Positions 50,361 through 63,975 of a DNA stretch of 64,000 bases are shown one piece after another (position 1 is the first letter of the stretch; the number at the start of each line of letters is the position of its first letter). Location: contig NC_042999.1 of the NCBI RefSeq assembly GCF_006345805.1, positions 156,922,001 through 156,986,000 on the forward strand, written 5' to 3'. The position numbers and the translations under genes were made by a program. The notes beneath the pieces are model-generated. The model searched no databases and was not told where the DNA came from. It saw nothing but the letters and a program-made list of their open reading frames with translations. The stretch is from Octopus sinensis (Eukaryota).

Positions 50361-50835
50361 AAGAGAAGACCCGGCAGGACAAGTGAGACCATAACCCGTG
50401 GCCTCTACCTGGGATGTAGCCAGTCCACTTATGCATACCTTTCCTTCTTGGGACACAAAACTCTACTTGTGAAGACCTGTTGAGGCAAGTGGAAATCGAA
50501 ATCGATCAAAATCAATGGAAATTGTAGCTGTGGCACGTAAGAGAACCATCCGAACGTGGCCGTTGCCAGCGCCGCCCCGACTGGCTCCGTGCACGTGGCA
50601 TGTAAAAAGCACCATCCGATCGTGGCCGTTTGCCAGCCTCGTCTGGCACCTGTGCCAGTGGCACGTAAGAAGCACCCACTACACTCACGGTGTGGTTGGC
50701 GTTAGGAAGGGCATCCAGCCGTAGAAACACTGCCAGATCAGACTGGGCCTGGTGCAACCTTCTGGCTTCCCAGACCCCAGTTGAACCGTCCAACCCATGC
50801 TAGCATGGAAAGCGGACGTTAAACGATGATGATGA
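50361..50835 (+). mobile_element. RTE-derived 3'-UTR retroposon family (longest copy). Other copies near 13949-14391(-), 29020-29460(+), 32760-33070(+), 34998-35328(+), 39243-39560(-), 40355-40592(+), 40726-40985(-), 43525-44030(+), 44960-45283(+), 47621-47818(-), 48004-48265(-), 55740-56200(-), 57445-57695(+), 58345-58700(+), 62265-62645(+)
   Basis: Shared body ggagtggttggcgttaggaagggcatccagc...caacccatgctagcatggaaagcggacgttaaac(gat)n, variable 5' truncation, internal gtgccggtggcacgtaaaaagcacc units. Confidence 0.85.
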
Positions 50836-51726
50836 TACAAGCTATAAACCGTCAGTTTTAATGGCAGGGTATGTAATACCTGGGACTCAGTTCTGCAAAA
50901 AGAGTTTTAAAGAAACTGGATGAAATTATACAAATAATACTCGAAAAATCTTTTTTCTTATAAAGGACTATTTATTTAGATGACAAGAATGTGCAAGTTA
51001 TATTCAATTGAATCAGATTTATATACAAATATTCCTTCATTAAAAATGGATTGATTAAGAATATATAGTAATCAGAAAATCCAATGCATTCAGGAAACGA
51101 TGCAATGAATGAATACAGAATAGCTAAATCTTCCATTGGGTCAACCCAACAGGACTCCTTCGGAAGATTTTCTTTTATCAAGAATTTCTTTTAGTCTTTC
51201 CTTCCTTGGACACGCGAAGACCTGTTGAGACAAGTGAAGTCGAAATTGAATTCGAAATCGAACCTCATCCGACGACTGGCACCCATGCCAACCTCCCTTC
51301 ATTGGACACTAAACTCTGCTTGTGAAGACCTGTTGGAGCAAGTGAAATCAGAATCGAAATTGAACCAATCCTATGACTGGCACCTGGCAGTTGCCAGTTC
51401 CGCTGGACTGACTCCTGTACAGGTGGCAAGTAAAGACCCTGTGAAGATGAAGATTTTAAAATAGCGTTGTTAGGGGGACAAACACAGACACACAAACACA
51501 CACATATATATATACATATATACGATGGGCTTCTTTTAGTTTCCGTCTACCAAATCCACTCACAAAGCTTTGGTCGGCCCAAGGCTATAGTAGAAGACAC
51601 TTGCCCAAGTTTCCACGCAGTGGGACTGAACCCGGAGCCATGTGGTTGGTAAGCAAGCTACTTACCACACAGCCACTCCTGGCTTTTATATAGTTTATAT
51701 AAAAATGTCTCTAGAACACTCTAAAG

Positions 51727-53960
51727 CAGTGGCTCCTAACCTTCTTCAGCCCAGGGACCATTTTTTACTTGAAAAAATTTCTAGGAACCACTTCAACTTT
51801 TACTTTATGCTGTTCTATTTTCACACTAATATACATATTGAAAAGGCAAAATAGTTTATTTACACTTTAAAATTTATTTTTGCAAACCAAAGATAAAATT
51901 TAAAATTTATTTTAGTAAACAATGATAAACATAAGATATCAAAATCATTTTTCATAAAGTCATTCATTTTTAGTCCATTCAGCTAGTGACTAGCTTGATA
52001 TTGGTGTTTCTCACACAAGATATAATCAATTTTAATGAACTTATTTAGTCTTAGTCTGAGAGTTCCTCTGCTGTTGAGATTTAATTTATTTCTTTTTTCT
52101 ACTTAAAATATCTACAACACCTGAAAATGCAGATTCCACCATCCATGTGCTAGGGAAAGAAATGATGCTTGCTTCTACATGTTGAAAAATATTTGGGTGT
52201 GATTTATCGACATGTAGGCAAAGACACTTTTTTCAACTCTTCTTCTCAGTTTCATATTCTCTTTCAAATCCAACAACATTTCAGCCAACTCAAAATTATC
52301 ATCTCCTGACTCATAATTTTATAGGTCTACAAACCAGAGTGGATAACCCATCTTTAATAAATCATTGTATCTTCTCTCAAACTCTACATGAAGACCTTCA
52401 AGATGGATAATGCATGTAGCAATGCATTCTAGTGTAGGAACAGTGGTGTTAAAATTTTGAAATGATGCCAAATTTTTTTTTCAAACAGTTTTTTCTAAAA
52501 TTTTAATTTCCCCATCTACCCTTTTATCTTCTGAGAAGTTAAGCAGATTCACTGTTTTAAAAATATCACTCAAGTTGAATATTTTTGATTTAAACTCAGA
52601 AAGTCTTTCCAAAATTTTCTTAGGTGTATCAGCTTGCTTCTTGAAGTTGTAATGAGTCATCTGACTCTTGAACATGAGAAAGTTAATTAATGGTTCCCAC
52701 AAATTTTCAAGTCTTTCAAGGCTCAAGCCTTTTGACAACCATCTTACTTCTGTGTGAAGCAATAAGATTTTAAAATCTTCGTCTTCACAGAATTGCATAA
52801 AAAAAATCTATTATTCACTGAGTTTTATTTGACAAAGTTAATTGCATGTATGGCCCTCCAATATTCTTAGCAACCAAATGCTGTCTGTGGATAATGCAAT
52901 GTATATAAATAATGTGAGAAGCAACTAATTTCATTCTAGAAACAAAGCCTTTCACTTTTCCAGTCATGGCTGCAGCTCCATCTGATGCAATGTTGATAAA
53001 ATTAGTCAATGGAATATTTTTATCATTAAAATACTGCATTACTTCATTGAATATATCTTCTCCATTAGTAGTTTCATACAAACTTTTAATGAATAACATT
53101 TCTTCCCTTATATCATCTTCATGGATGAATCTGACATAGACCAGAAGGATAGCTTGGTTATGAATTGTGCTATCATCAACCTGGATAGAGAAATTTGTCT
53201 TTTGGAGAATTTCCATAATCTTCTCAACAAAATTAGACATTTCATCCTGTCTTCTTGTAATTGTGTTATTTGAAAGTGGAATTGTACTCAGAGTAGATGC
53301 AGCATCTTTTTCCAGAACCTCATTTGCACAAGCCATCATAGCAGGCTTGAAAAGTTTCTCACCATAAATCTGAGGTGCTGCAACCTTGGCAATAATTTCA
53401 GAGACCAAATAACTTGATTTCAGTGTCTTTGCTTTTTCGGTATTTATCTTCTTTACAAAGTCGGGTAGTTTGATTGGCTGTATTTTCTTTTTATTCTCAA
53501 AATATTCCCTACCTTTCAAAACACATAGGTTTTGAGTCTACAGATACAAAACCAAACATGATAAAATCCTCTTTGTAGTTCCTCAGTTTTGCCTTTTTAG
53601 CAGTTGGTTCAGATATTATTACAACTGATCTTTAAAAAAAAAAAAGTAATAAATACTTTATTTCTATACATTAAAAATATCAAATTTATTATGAAACTGT
53701 TGTGATTGTAAAATTTAAATTATGTAATTCTTGATTGTAATATATTATTAATTATATATTATACATTATTGATTCTTATGGAATAATTATTGAATTTTGT
53801 TTTCTTATTATTATTCTGTCTTCATATAAATTATTATTAGCTAACAGTGTCTTTATTATCGAATAATATTGTGTAGCTCTGAAATGGCTTCAATTTTTTT
53901 ATGGCTACGAATTCTCTGGAGACCACCTGTGGGCCCCAGGGACCACATTGGGAATCACTG
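51727..53960 (-). mobile_element. hAT (Buster/Charlie, ZBED5/SCAND3-like) transposon, frameshifted, in EXOSC6 intron 5
   Basis: TIRs cagtggctcctaa / ttgggaatcactg. 8-bp TSD ctctaaag / ctttaaag with central TA. Motifs IPLSNNTITRR, FSIQVDDST, ASDGAAAMTG, HCIIHRQHL, LLLHTEVRWLSKG. Confidence 0.93.
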
Positions 53961-56802
53961 CTTTAAAGCATTAATCAATTATGCCGGTGTAACCAGTTCA
54001 TTTATTGTTAGATGTATTTCCTTGATTCTATTTTCATGTATTTTAAATCTAATGTGGTTGTCTGCCCTTAGTACTTTATTGCATTATCACAGAACAAATA
54101 GTTTCTGTGAACTAGCTGATGATTCCTAAAGAAATTCTCATCAGATCATACTATTATGACATGTGTTGTTGGTGTTCTTTCTAATCCATACTCTGGTGCG
54201 TCTTAGGTTCAATTTTATCCCAACACTTCTTCCATCAGTGACTGACTTGATATCACCTTCTGCAATACTTTTTCCTCTACAAATGATATCACTTTTATTA
54301 ATCATAAATATATTTCTCAGCCAATTCATATATGTCAACAAAATGACATTGAGAGTATTTGCCCTGCTTATCATTTATGTATATGTAAACAAAGATAAAA
54401 AATATTTTGATTCAACCATCTGCCAGTTTTTAAGATAAGCAAACCAAAATAATGAGTTTGAGCCACTCACCTAATGAGTATTTCTACGAAATTTGGTGAA
54501 AATCTGTTGAGCCATTTTCCAGTAATTTTGCAAATACACAGACAAACAGACAATGACAAGCAACTACAATACCCTGCTTTTGCTTATTTGCCTAAGGTAA
54601 TGATTCTGCAAAGGAATTAACTATCAGAAATATATAAACAGATTTCATGTTATAGTCATTAAGTGAATGAGAGAAAAAAACAAAGGGAATGTTATCTTTA
54701 GTGTTAAAAAATACTATCTTGCATTAAATTAATTTTGAATAATAAAAGATGCTTGAAAACTACATTATAGGCGCGGGCATGGCTGTGTGGTTAGGGAGCT
54801 TGCTTCCTAACTACATGGTTTCGGGTTCAGTCCCACTGCGTGGCACTTTGGGTAGGTGCCTTCCACTATAGCCCTGAGCGGACCGGAGCTTTGTAATTGA
54901 ATTCGGTAGGCGGGAGCTACTGCCGTGTGTGTATGTGTGCGTATAGCTGCTCAGTGCCTCTCCGAAAGAGAGAGAGAGGGGATAGAAAAAATATAAAAAT
55001 TAGAATTTTTAAGAATCTTTTAGACACTGTAGACTTTAATAATTACTTTCTTTTAGTAAAAATTAGATAATTCCTACTAATTAACAGCTTTCTCCATTAT
55101 GGTATACACGAAGTAAGTTACTAAAGCACACTTCAATGGACAAGGGGTTGAAGGGCACAACACAGGTCAGTGTTGTAAGCTACTTCTGTAGGTTTTCATT
55201 TGCAAACAGAGATGAAAGGCCTAACTCACAATTAGAAGAAATTCACGTATAGTTCTTCCTGTCTCTTTTGGATAGATATTGCACATCAAAGGTAAAATTT
55301 TGTGGCTGATTTCTTCCTGAACATGTTATTTGTGCCCAAACCATTTTCCAGCTCCAGGAATTCTGGATGGGTATCAAAGACAGATTAGGTGCACTGAGTA
55401 TATATTTTTAGCTGGGAAATGAGTAAATTAGGGATGTGAGGTGGTTAGAGCGTCATCATCATCATATTTATTTAATGTCTGTTTTCCATGCTTTCATGGG
55501 TTGGATGGTTTGACAAGAGCTGGCAAGCCGGAGGGCTGCACCAGGGTCTAACTGTCTGTTACAGCATGATTTCTATGGCTGGATGCCATTCCTAATGTCA
55601 ACCACTTTGCAGAATGTACTGAGTGTTTTTTTTATATGGCACCAGCACCAGTGCTTTTTACATGGTGCCAGCTCCAGTGTTGAATTAAATCTTGGCTAGC
55701 CTTGGACAGTGTAATAGTTAGTTATTTCCACTTTAAGCTGAATCATCATAATCATTTAACGTCCGTTCTCCATGCTAGCATGGGTTGGACGGCTTTGACT
55801 GAGGACTGGCAAACCAGATGGCTGCACCAGGCTCCAGTCTTGATCTGGCAGAGTTTCTACAGCTGGATGCCCTTCCTAACGCCAACCACTCCGAGAGTGT
55901 AGTAGGTGCTTTCTATGTGCCACCTGCACGGGGGCCAGTCAGGCAGTACTGGCAATGACCTCGCTCAAATCTTTTTACATGTGCCAGTGAAGTGACATTG
56001 GTAACGATCACGCTCGAATGGTGCCCTTTTACGTGCCACGGGTACGGAAGCCAGTTGGCTGCTCTGGCAACGATCACGCTCGGATGGTGTTCTTGGCACC
56101 CTACTAGCACGGGCACACGTGCCAGTAAGGCGATGCTGGTAACGATCATACTCGCAAAGCCACTCTGTCAACGATCACACTCGTATGGTGCTCTTTGCAC
56201 CCCCTAGTTGATATTATCTTGTCTTTTACTTGTTTCAGTCATTAGACTGCAGCCTTGCTGAGGCACCACCACCTTGAAGGATTTTTTAGTTGGATGAGTC
56301 AACTCCAGTACTTATCTTTTTTTTAAGCCTTGTTCTTATTCTATTGGTCTCTTTTTTGCCAAACTGCTAAGTTACAGGAATTTAAACAAACCCACCAGTG
56401 GTTGTCAAGCAGTGGTGAGAGACAAACACAGACACACACCTACACATATATATTAAACAATGGGCTTCTTTCAGTTTTCATTTATCAAATCTATTCACAA
56501 GGTTTTGGTTGGCCTGATAGTATAAGAGACACTTGTCCAAGGTGCTGTATTATTTGATTGTTTTGAAATACTTGTACTTTTGGATGAGATATTGTGTTCT
56601 CTTTCCTTCTATGTAATCTATTGAGTTTAGCCTGAATACCCCGTAGTAAAATGAGTGAAGGAGGGAAAGGCTTTAGGAAGATGAGATGTGAGGATTACTT
56701 GGTGCAGGGGCAAGGCCCAGTATGTAGAGGCATAAACATAATGCTTTTTGGACCTCACTTTAGTCTTAACAAAAGTGTCTCCTTGAGTACAGCAAATTCC
56801 CT

Positions 56803-56835
<33 letters not shown>

Positions 56836-59287
56836 CACATACACATAGGTGCTGGCATGGTTGTGTGGTAAGAAGCTCACTTCCAACACATGGTTCTGGT
56901 TTCAGTCCCACTGTGGTACCTCAGCAAGTGTCTTTTACTATTCTGAGACCTCCTTCGGTCATGACACTGACCATGGGATTGCACCTAGAAAGCAACCCTC
57001 CCAGGCACAAGTCCGGGCAAGGTTGTTTATGGAAGACCAGCAGTCGCCTAAGCCTTGTGAGTGGATTTGGTAAACAGAAACTGAAAGAAGCCCATTGTAT
57101 TTATATAATGCTTGTGTGTGCTTGTCCCCCTCCACCACTTGACAACCATTGTTTGGTGTGTTTACACCCCCGTAACTTAGTAATTCAACAAACGCTATTG
57201 ATTGAATAAGTACTGGGCAAAAATAGAATGAGTATTTGAGTCAATTCATTCAACTAAAAATTCTCCGAAGCAGTGCCCCAGCATGGCCACAGTCTGTTGA
57301 CTGAAACAAGTAAAAGATAAATGAATACATATATATATTCATTACCATTCAGTCTTGTTACTTGATATCCAAATCCGCTTTACCATGCTTGTATGGATCA
57401 GAGTGAATTTGTTAGGCCATATACCCCTCTCGTTGGCAACTCACCGGTGGCACGTTAAGAGCACCAACCGATCATGACCGCTGCCAGACTCCCCTGGCAC
57501 CTGTGCCGGTGGCACGTAAAAAGCACCCACTACACTTGCGGAGTGGTTGGCGTTAGGAAGGGCATCCAGCTGTAGAAACACTGCCAGATCAGACTGGGCC
57601 TGGTGCAGCCTCCTGGCTTCCCAGACCCCGGTCGAACCGTCCAACCCGTGCTAGCGCGGAAAACGGATGTTAAACGATAATGATGATGATGATGATAATA
57701 TTTACTTTTGGCCAGACTGGAAATGTGCAACACTGCTTGGATGATGGTGATGCTCGTTTACAGCCATATGATAAAACAAAGGCTCATACACACACATTTA
57801 TATATAATGGACTTCTTTTAGCTTCTGTTTATCAAATACACTCACCTGGCTTTGGTTGGCCTGAGGTTAGGACTGATCCTGATATGATGTAGGTGGGAAG
57901 CAAGCTTAACCATTCGGCTCTGCCTATGTATATAATGATTGGTGGCGGGCTGGCAGAAACGTTAGCACACCGGGCGAAATGCGTAGCCGTATTTCATCTG
58001 CCGTTACGTTCCGAGTTCAAATTCTGCCGAGGTCGACTTTGCCTTTCATCCTTTCGGGGTCGATTAAATAAGTACCAGTTATGCACTGGGGTCGATATAA
58101 TCGGCTTAATCCATTTGTCTGTCCTTGTTTGTCCTCTCTGTGTTTAGCCCCTTGCGGGTAGTAAAAAAATAGGTATATAATGATTGCAAAGCAAGAGGTA
58201 TGGCATGCATGCATGTCTATGTTAGCATGTGTGTGTGTGTGCATTTGCACATGCATGCACGCACTTTCAAAATGCAAAACTAGTTGTCACAGACAAATGT
58301 ATGAGATCTGCAATGTTGTGAATATTTACATATAGTTATATAAGTAAAAGCACCATCCGTTCGTGGTCGTTGCCAGCCTCACCTGGCCCCCGTGCCGGTG
58401 GCACGTAAAAGCACCATCCGATCGTGGCCGTTGCCAGCCTCACCTGGCCTCCGTGCCGGTGGCACGTAAAAAGCACCATCCGTCCATGGCCGTTTGCCAG
58501 CCTTGTCTGGCACCTGTGCTGGTGGCATGTAATAAGCACCCACTACACTCACGGAGTGGTTGGCGTTAGGAAGGGCATCCAACCGTAGAAACATTGCCAG
58601 ATCAGACTGGGCCTGATGCAGCCTTCTGGCTTCACAGACCCCAGTTGAACCGTCCAACCCATGCTAGCATGGAAAGCGGACGCTAAATGATGATGATGAT
58701 ATATCTTTTTGTTGTTGTTGTTGTTAACTTGTCTGTTGTCATATCAGAAAAAGTGATAAAGATGGAAACAGTTATTGAAATAACTGAACAATTGTTTTAA
58801 TGTGATGCCCATCCCTGGCCTAGCCTCATTACAATGAAATCAGAATGCTGCTTGCTATTCAGCCAGATCAGATTCCATCAGAAAAGCTTGGGTTGGAATA
58901 GCATTGTAATCCGTTACTAACCTTCCTTACGTACATCCTGAAATAGTAGTTCTGTGTGTTTCTATTTCCTGAAGGGACTTGAGTGTATCCCAGTTACCAT
59001 TATATTTTCAAGTGACCAACCAAATTTTTTACTGTTTAGTTCCTGTCATACTAAGCATATTGACATGTATTTTATTCATTACCATGCTTCACATGATACT
59101 TATGTATAAAATATATTCAAAGATCATGTTAGAATTTGTGAGAATAAAGTGAAATGAAATTACTTTTACTGGATATCAATGCCTTGATGATGATGATTAT
59201 ATATTCAGCTTGCCATATGCTTAACTCTAGTGTATTACTATTCATGAAGTGTACCATAAAAGTAGTTTAGTTACCAGTTTGGAATTA

Positions 59288-60560
59288 TCAGGTCATTCCA
59301 TAAGTTCTGTCCGATTTTTACCTTTTTTTAAATTGAATGAAATTTGATAGCATTTTAGAATGTCTGATGGAATTAGAAATTGTTTTTATGCAATTGTGTA
59401 CATTTAAACTAATTAAATATTATTTTACAGAATAATAGAATTAAAATTTCTTTGATTAAAACCCTTTCTAACATGGAAGTGTCCGAAGAGCATTTGAGGC
59501 ACATAATGCTTCATGAGTACAAAAAAAGGAAACTCTGCAGCCAAAGTGACTTGAAACATACACTCAGTTTATGGGAAAGAATGCTTGAATGAAAGAACTT
59601 GCAGAAGATGGTTTGCAAAATTCAGAAGTGGAGATTTCAGCCTTGAAGTTGATATCGAACAGGACGTCCAGTTGAGTTTGAGGATAACCTCCTTGAGGCA
59701 TTAATTGAAGAAAATCCTGCATTGCCAGTTGAAGAATTGGCAAAAAGCTTAGTTCAAACCATACTACTATTCATCGTCATCTTCAACAACATGGAAAGGT
59801 TCCTAAACTTGGAAAATGGATGCGTCATGAATTGTCCAAAAGCAAATCCCGAGTTGACATCTGCTTTTCTCTCCATTCTCGTGAACTCATTTCACCCTTT
59901 TTGGATAAACTTGTGACTGGTGATGAAAAATGGATCTTCTAGCAAAATGTTAAACGTCATAAACAGTGGCTTGGTAAAAGGGAAAAAGCTCAACCACAAC
60001 TGAGAAGAGAACTTCATGGAAAAAGGTTCTTCTCTCTCTCTGGTGGGATTGCAAATGAGTAATTCACTTTGAATTGTTACCACCTAATGCAACAATCAAT
60101 GCTCAAGTCTACTGTCAGTAAGTAGAGCATTTGAACCAATCTTTGAAGGAAAAAAGACCTGCTTTAGTGAATCGAAAAGGAGTGATGTTTCATCAGGACA
60201 ATGTGTGACCCCACACTGCAAAGATCACATCACAGAAGATCGAAGAGCTTGGTTGGACAAAAGTTCCTCATCTACCTTATTCTCCCAACCTTGCCCCTTC
60301 AGACTACGATTCGTTTCGTAGTTTACAGAATCACTTGGGGGACATAACTTTCGCAAGCCAAGAGGAGATCGAAACTGACATTTCAGAGTTCTTCACTTTG
60401 AAACCAGAAGAGTTTTACATTAATGGGATTAAAAAGCTTGTAAATAGATGGAAGGAAGTCATAGATAATCAGGGAAAGTATATTGATGATTAAATTTCAA
60501 TTAAATATAAAATTTGATCACTTGTTTTCTTTATTCAAAATTTGGACAGAACTTATTGGG
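59288..60560 (+). mobile_element. Full-length but inactivated mariner (DD34D) transposon in EXOSC6 intron 5
   Basis: TIR core ataagttctgtcc / ggacagaacttat. Pseudo-ORF 59473-60493: MEVSEEHLRHIMLHEY...WFAKFRSGDFSLE...LVTGDEKW...FHQDN-34aa-PYSPNLAPSDY...RWKEVIDNQGKYIDD*, with stops and frameshifts. Confidence 0.92.
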
Positions 60561-61955
60561 AGAGCAGGCAAAAGTTATGAGCATTGTCCCTCTCTTCTAG
60601 ATTAATTTATTAATAACTTATTTTGAGGTTGCTGGTGTATGATAATATCAGTAATACTCCTCATATTAGATACAAGATATACATGTAAACACACACATAG
60701 ATGTATATATATATATACATGCCAAAATGTATACACTTCAGATTGAGTTATTCATCATATATGTCAAAAAATTACAGAAGAGATTCTTATCCACAAACAA
60801 TGGATTTTTGTAATTTTATTATGGGTACGAATCAAAACAATTGTATGTAATTTGTATTCAATATTTAGCATGGAAAGCGGATGTTAAACAATGATGATGA
60901 TTATATAAAATAGACTTGTATGTGTATTCGCTTTTCACACAAAAAAAGCTGATCAAATTGCTTCCATACTTGGGACGCATGAATAATTTGACCTCGGATA
61001 CATAACAGAGTCTTCAGTTTTTTTTTTTTTATCGAAAATAAATAATATTGCTTTCTACACCATTCTCAAATACAATCTTTGTCATTTAATCGAATACAAC
61101 ACAACAGAAACACAGAGGTAGCTGCAGTATTAATAACTTGATTATTATAAAACTCTCTATGAAGATGCGCATCATTAATGTTAAGTACAGGGGAACAACT
61201 AGTGTCGCACTCCCTTCTGTCCCTTCTTCTGTTCCTGACATCAACATTGGAAAAAAAAGCAACCTGACCAAACTACCACCTGCACCCTTTACAGTGAATC
61301 CCATGTCTGATTTCTGCTGTTGTCTTTCTAGACTATCTACATAGTTGCTTTGATGTGAACACCACTACAGATTAGCAATTTATTTGGGAAAACTCCTTGT
61401 GTTTGAACTTGCATCCTTCCTTATCCATTAAACTATAAGACAGAAATCACTTTTCAAAGCTGGGGGTCTTTCAATTCTCTTTGTAACTTAAACTGCCCAT
61501 CTTAATTGTTGTTTAGGATTCTAGGGCAGCAAGCTGGCAGAATCGTTAGCACGTCAGGCGAAATGTTTAGCGGTATTTCGTCAGCCACTACGTTCTGAGT
61601 TCAAATTCTGCCAAGGTCGACTTTGCCTTTCATCCTTTCAGGGTCAATAAATTAAGTACCAGTTACGCACTGGAGTCAATGTAATCGACTGAATCCTTTT
61701 GTCTGTCCTTGTTTGTCCCCTCTGTGTTTAGCCCCTTGTGGGTAATAAGGAAATATAATTGCTGTTTATAGTTATGTGCAAAATCTATGGTTGGTCTTCC
61801 TAACTGTTAAAACTGTCTTGTGATTTATTAGGAAACTGAAATGTTCTTTTGACATTTTGTCATATATATATATATATATATATATTTGTTTTTAAAAAAT
61901 CATTTCTACAAAAATCTGATGCTCACATTTGAAATTTAATCTTTTTTTTTTCTAG

Positions 61956-62041
61956 TTCTTGCAGCTGCTATCACTGCTGCATCTGTAGCTTTGGCATATG
62001 CTGGCATTGAGATGTATGATTTGGTTGTTAGTACTAGTGTG
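61956..62041 (+). CDS. EXOSC6: MTR3 coding exon 6 (gene continues beyond the window)
   Basis: Poly-T plus CTAG acceptor. (I)LAAAITAASVALAYAGIEMYDLVVSTSV vs human LAAALTAAALALADAGVEMYDLVV. GTAAGT donor, phase 0. Confidence 0.95.
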
Positions 62042-63509
62042 GTAAGTATATTTCAAATGATTTTAACACTAACAGTCCACATTATAGGAAGGGCACAGGC
62101 AATAAATTGACCCCAAATGAAGGAAGTCAACTCTAGTGGGATTTCAGCTAAGACAGTTAAGGGCCAGTTACCTTTTGTCTAGTTGCAGAATTGGTCTTCT
62201 AGGGAAGGAAATTGAATTAAATCAGTTGAATATGAATGACATCTGAGACTGTTGTAAGGAACAATCTGCCTGTGCTAGTAGGGTGTCAAGAACACCATCC
62301 GAGCGTGATCGTTGCCAGAGCAGCCATCTGGCTTCTGTACCCATGGCATGTACAAGGGCACCATTCGAGCGTGATTGTTACCAATGTCGCTTCACTGGCA
62401 CATGTAAAAAGATTCGAGCAAAGTCATTGCCAGTACCGCCTGACTGGCCCCCGTGCAGGTGACACGTAAAAAGCACCTACTACACTCTCGGAGTGGTTGG
62501 CGTTAGGAAGGACATCCAGCTGTGGAAACTCTGCCAGATCAAGACTGGAGCCTGGTGCAGCCATCTGGCTCGCCAGCCCTCAGTCAAAATCGTCCAACCC
62601 ATGCTAGCATGGAAAGCGGACGTTAAACGATGATGATGATGATGATAACATTTCTGCCAGCCCCATTCATTGCTCAACACCCTAATAATAAAAAGTAATT
62701 GTGTCTAACATAGGTTCAAGGACAGAAATATGGAAGGGAATTAGTTCTTTAACTCTTTAGCATTTAAACCGGCCATATCCGGCCAAAAGTATTCTGCCCG
62801 TTTTATGTTCAAACTGGCCAGATCTGGTCTCTCACACCAACCCTACAATATCGTTTTAAAAATTAACAGCTACCTCATCAAAATCTCATAGCTACAAGAT
62901 AATGAATGATTAATTCAAAACAATGTAGATAAAGAAGCATTAATTTTGGCAGAATAATGCGAACCCTAAAGGGTTAAACCAACCCAGTACTTAATCATAT
63001 CACCACCTAGAAAGATGAAAGACTAAGTTGAACTCAGTGGAATTTGAACTCATAATGTAAAGAGCAACAAAAAATACCGATGTGCTACCAGTTTTGCGAA
63101 AGCATCACTCTATATAGTAAATGGTAGCCACAAATCGCCTCTGATTGGAGAGATGTATTATCAGAATATTCCATAAATTAATGCGTGATTTGAGAAAGAT
63201 AAACTCTTATGGTTAGTAATTTAAGAACATGACTAACCTCAATTTTGTTAATGTTTTCTTAATATGGTGTTGTTGAGAAATTTTATTAAATTCCAGTATT
63301 TCGTGTAGATTTAAGTATTGTCCTCAAAATGTCTCCTTTTGACATTTTTTTCTTTATTCTTTTGCATTCATATTTCATGATTTGGACAAGTGTTTCTACA
63401 GCTCTTGTATCATAGCTAAGTGAATGTGTTGCTGAATTTGATTCTACTACGTTCTTAACAAGTTATTATTATTATACTATTTATATTTTATTTTATGTAT
63501 TTACATTTA

Positions 63510-63975
63510 TCATCATCATCATTGTTCGACCGTGATCGAGACAATGGAATTTACCATGCTACGCCAGACTTCACGGTCCATCATAGCATTTCGGAGGTCC
63601 TGTTGCTGGATGCCTGTATCCCTGGAGATTACATCAGGGTAGGAGAGTGTGTGCCCTCTGTTATCGTGAGTAGATGGCTTCCAGAGGAGAAGAGTAGAAA
63701 TTGCCTCGTTTACAGCTCTACAACAATGTCCAGCAAACTGGACTCTCCTACCTTTCACAAGAGATGACACAGGTGGTAGTTTCCCATATACTTGCATTTT
63801 GGTTGGATGACGCTTCCTCGAGAGATTTTGAGCTCTCATAAGGAGGCGAGTGTAGGTTCCATCCAACCACCTCTCAAGCTTCTTTGATAACGTCCAGGTT
63901 TCTGAGCCATATAGTAGAATTGGTTCGACTGTGGCTTTGAAGATTTCAAGTTTGAAGTCTCTACTTACATTTCTA
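63510..63975 (-). mobile_element. RTE-clade LINE 3' fragment (same family as 13188-13712)
   Basis: DGTYTRLLMRAQNLS...FAGHCCR...WRSMVNSIV and (TGA)n tail. Confidence 0.88.

Noticed and set aside
54020-54430. Possible further Penelope 3' end with CTGATGA and a long hairpin on the minus strand
   Set aside because: GAAA box and stem I not recoverable; protein similarity too faint to support.
58345-58545. CRISPR-like repeat/spacer pattern of gtgccggtggcacgtaaaaagcacc units
   Set aside because: Spacers are homologous to each other, the units belong to a dispersed retroposon, the context is eukaryotic and there are no cas genes.
63370-63470. Candidate EXOSC6 exon 7
   Set aside because: No LLDPT..EE-like motif or good donor; the next exon is probably beyond the window.
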